Origin: Octopus vulgaris
Taxonomy: Eukaryota
DNA: 64,000 bases
Assembly: GCA_951406725.2 (NCBI GenBank)
Contig: OX597816.1
Coordinates: 4,526,001 to 4,590,000 of the forward strand
Direction: 5' to 3'
Below the pieces are notes generated by a model that searched no databases, was not told the origin of the DNA, and was given only the letters and a program-made list of their open reading frames with translations. Position 1 is the stretch's first letter. Each line of letters opens with the position of its first letter. Below are positions 63,675 to 64,000 of the stretch, piece after piece. The translations under genes were made by a program, and so were the position numbers.

Positions 63675-64000
63675 TTGTAGTGACTTGACCCAAAGGGACC
63701 CCTGCTCCCTGTGCAATACAGCCTGTCAAGTAATGTTCCCTCAATAGCCCCTTATCTCAACCACTTATATTTCAGCCATTACCAAGGTTTGTCACGAAAT
63801 GTGGAATGGTGATAATGTGGTCATTTCTTGATCACATAAAGTCCAGTTGCTCTGTCCTGTTGAAGACATTAAATATGTCCTTCTGGCGCTGGTCAGTGCA
63901 TTGTGTCCTTGGTAAGGTTCTTCATTTCACATTTTCCCTGTCAACTCAGTTAGACATGAATCTGTATCTGTTGCAGTGTGGCACCAGACAAACCATTAAC

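Overview
Eukaryotic, AT-rich, extremely repeat- and microsatellite-dense non-genic DNA. The SINE/LINE complement looks like a coleoid cephalopod (Octopus-like); that is an inference. I found no intact host protein-coding gene, and most ORFs in the supplied track are microsatellite or SINE artefacts. Supported content: three Helitron pieces (one with a PIF1 helicase remnant); a full-length but disabled mariner and an internally deleted mariner; hAT and piggyBac-like remnants; 3' fragments of RTE, CR1-group and three R4/Dong-like (RLE) LINEs; three abundant tRNA-derived SINE families (called A, B and C here); and an RTE 3'-UTR repeat (called D here). Three things are not explained by that list. 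(1) At least seven type-I hammerhead ribozymes of unrelated sequence. Most are minimal with a palindromic stem III, point towards a nearby (TA)n-type tract and often sit in fold-back inverted repeats, as expected for Penelope-like/retrozyme ends. (2) A multi-hairpin RNA domain directly 3' of the most complete hammerhead (31.8-32.0 kb) that recurs, with compensatory base changes, at 57.5 kb and 55.7 kb. (3) Three decayed, tandem paralogous minus-strand gene units (about 5.4-9.3, 11.4-14.3 and 23.7-28.0 kb) sharing an S-x-F-x-x-G-R-[LM]-G motif, preceded in two of them by a hydrophobic stretch, possibly fucosyltransferase-like. All alignments were made by eye.
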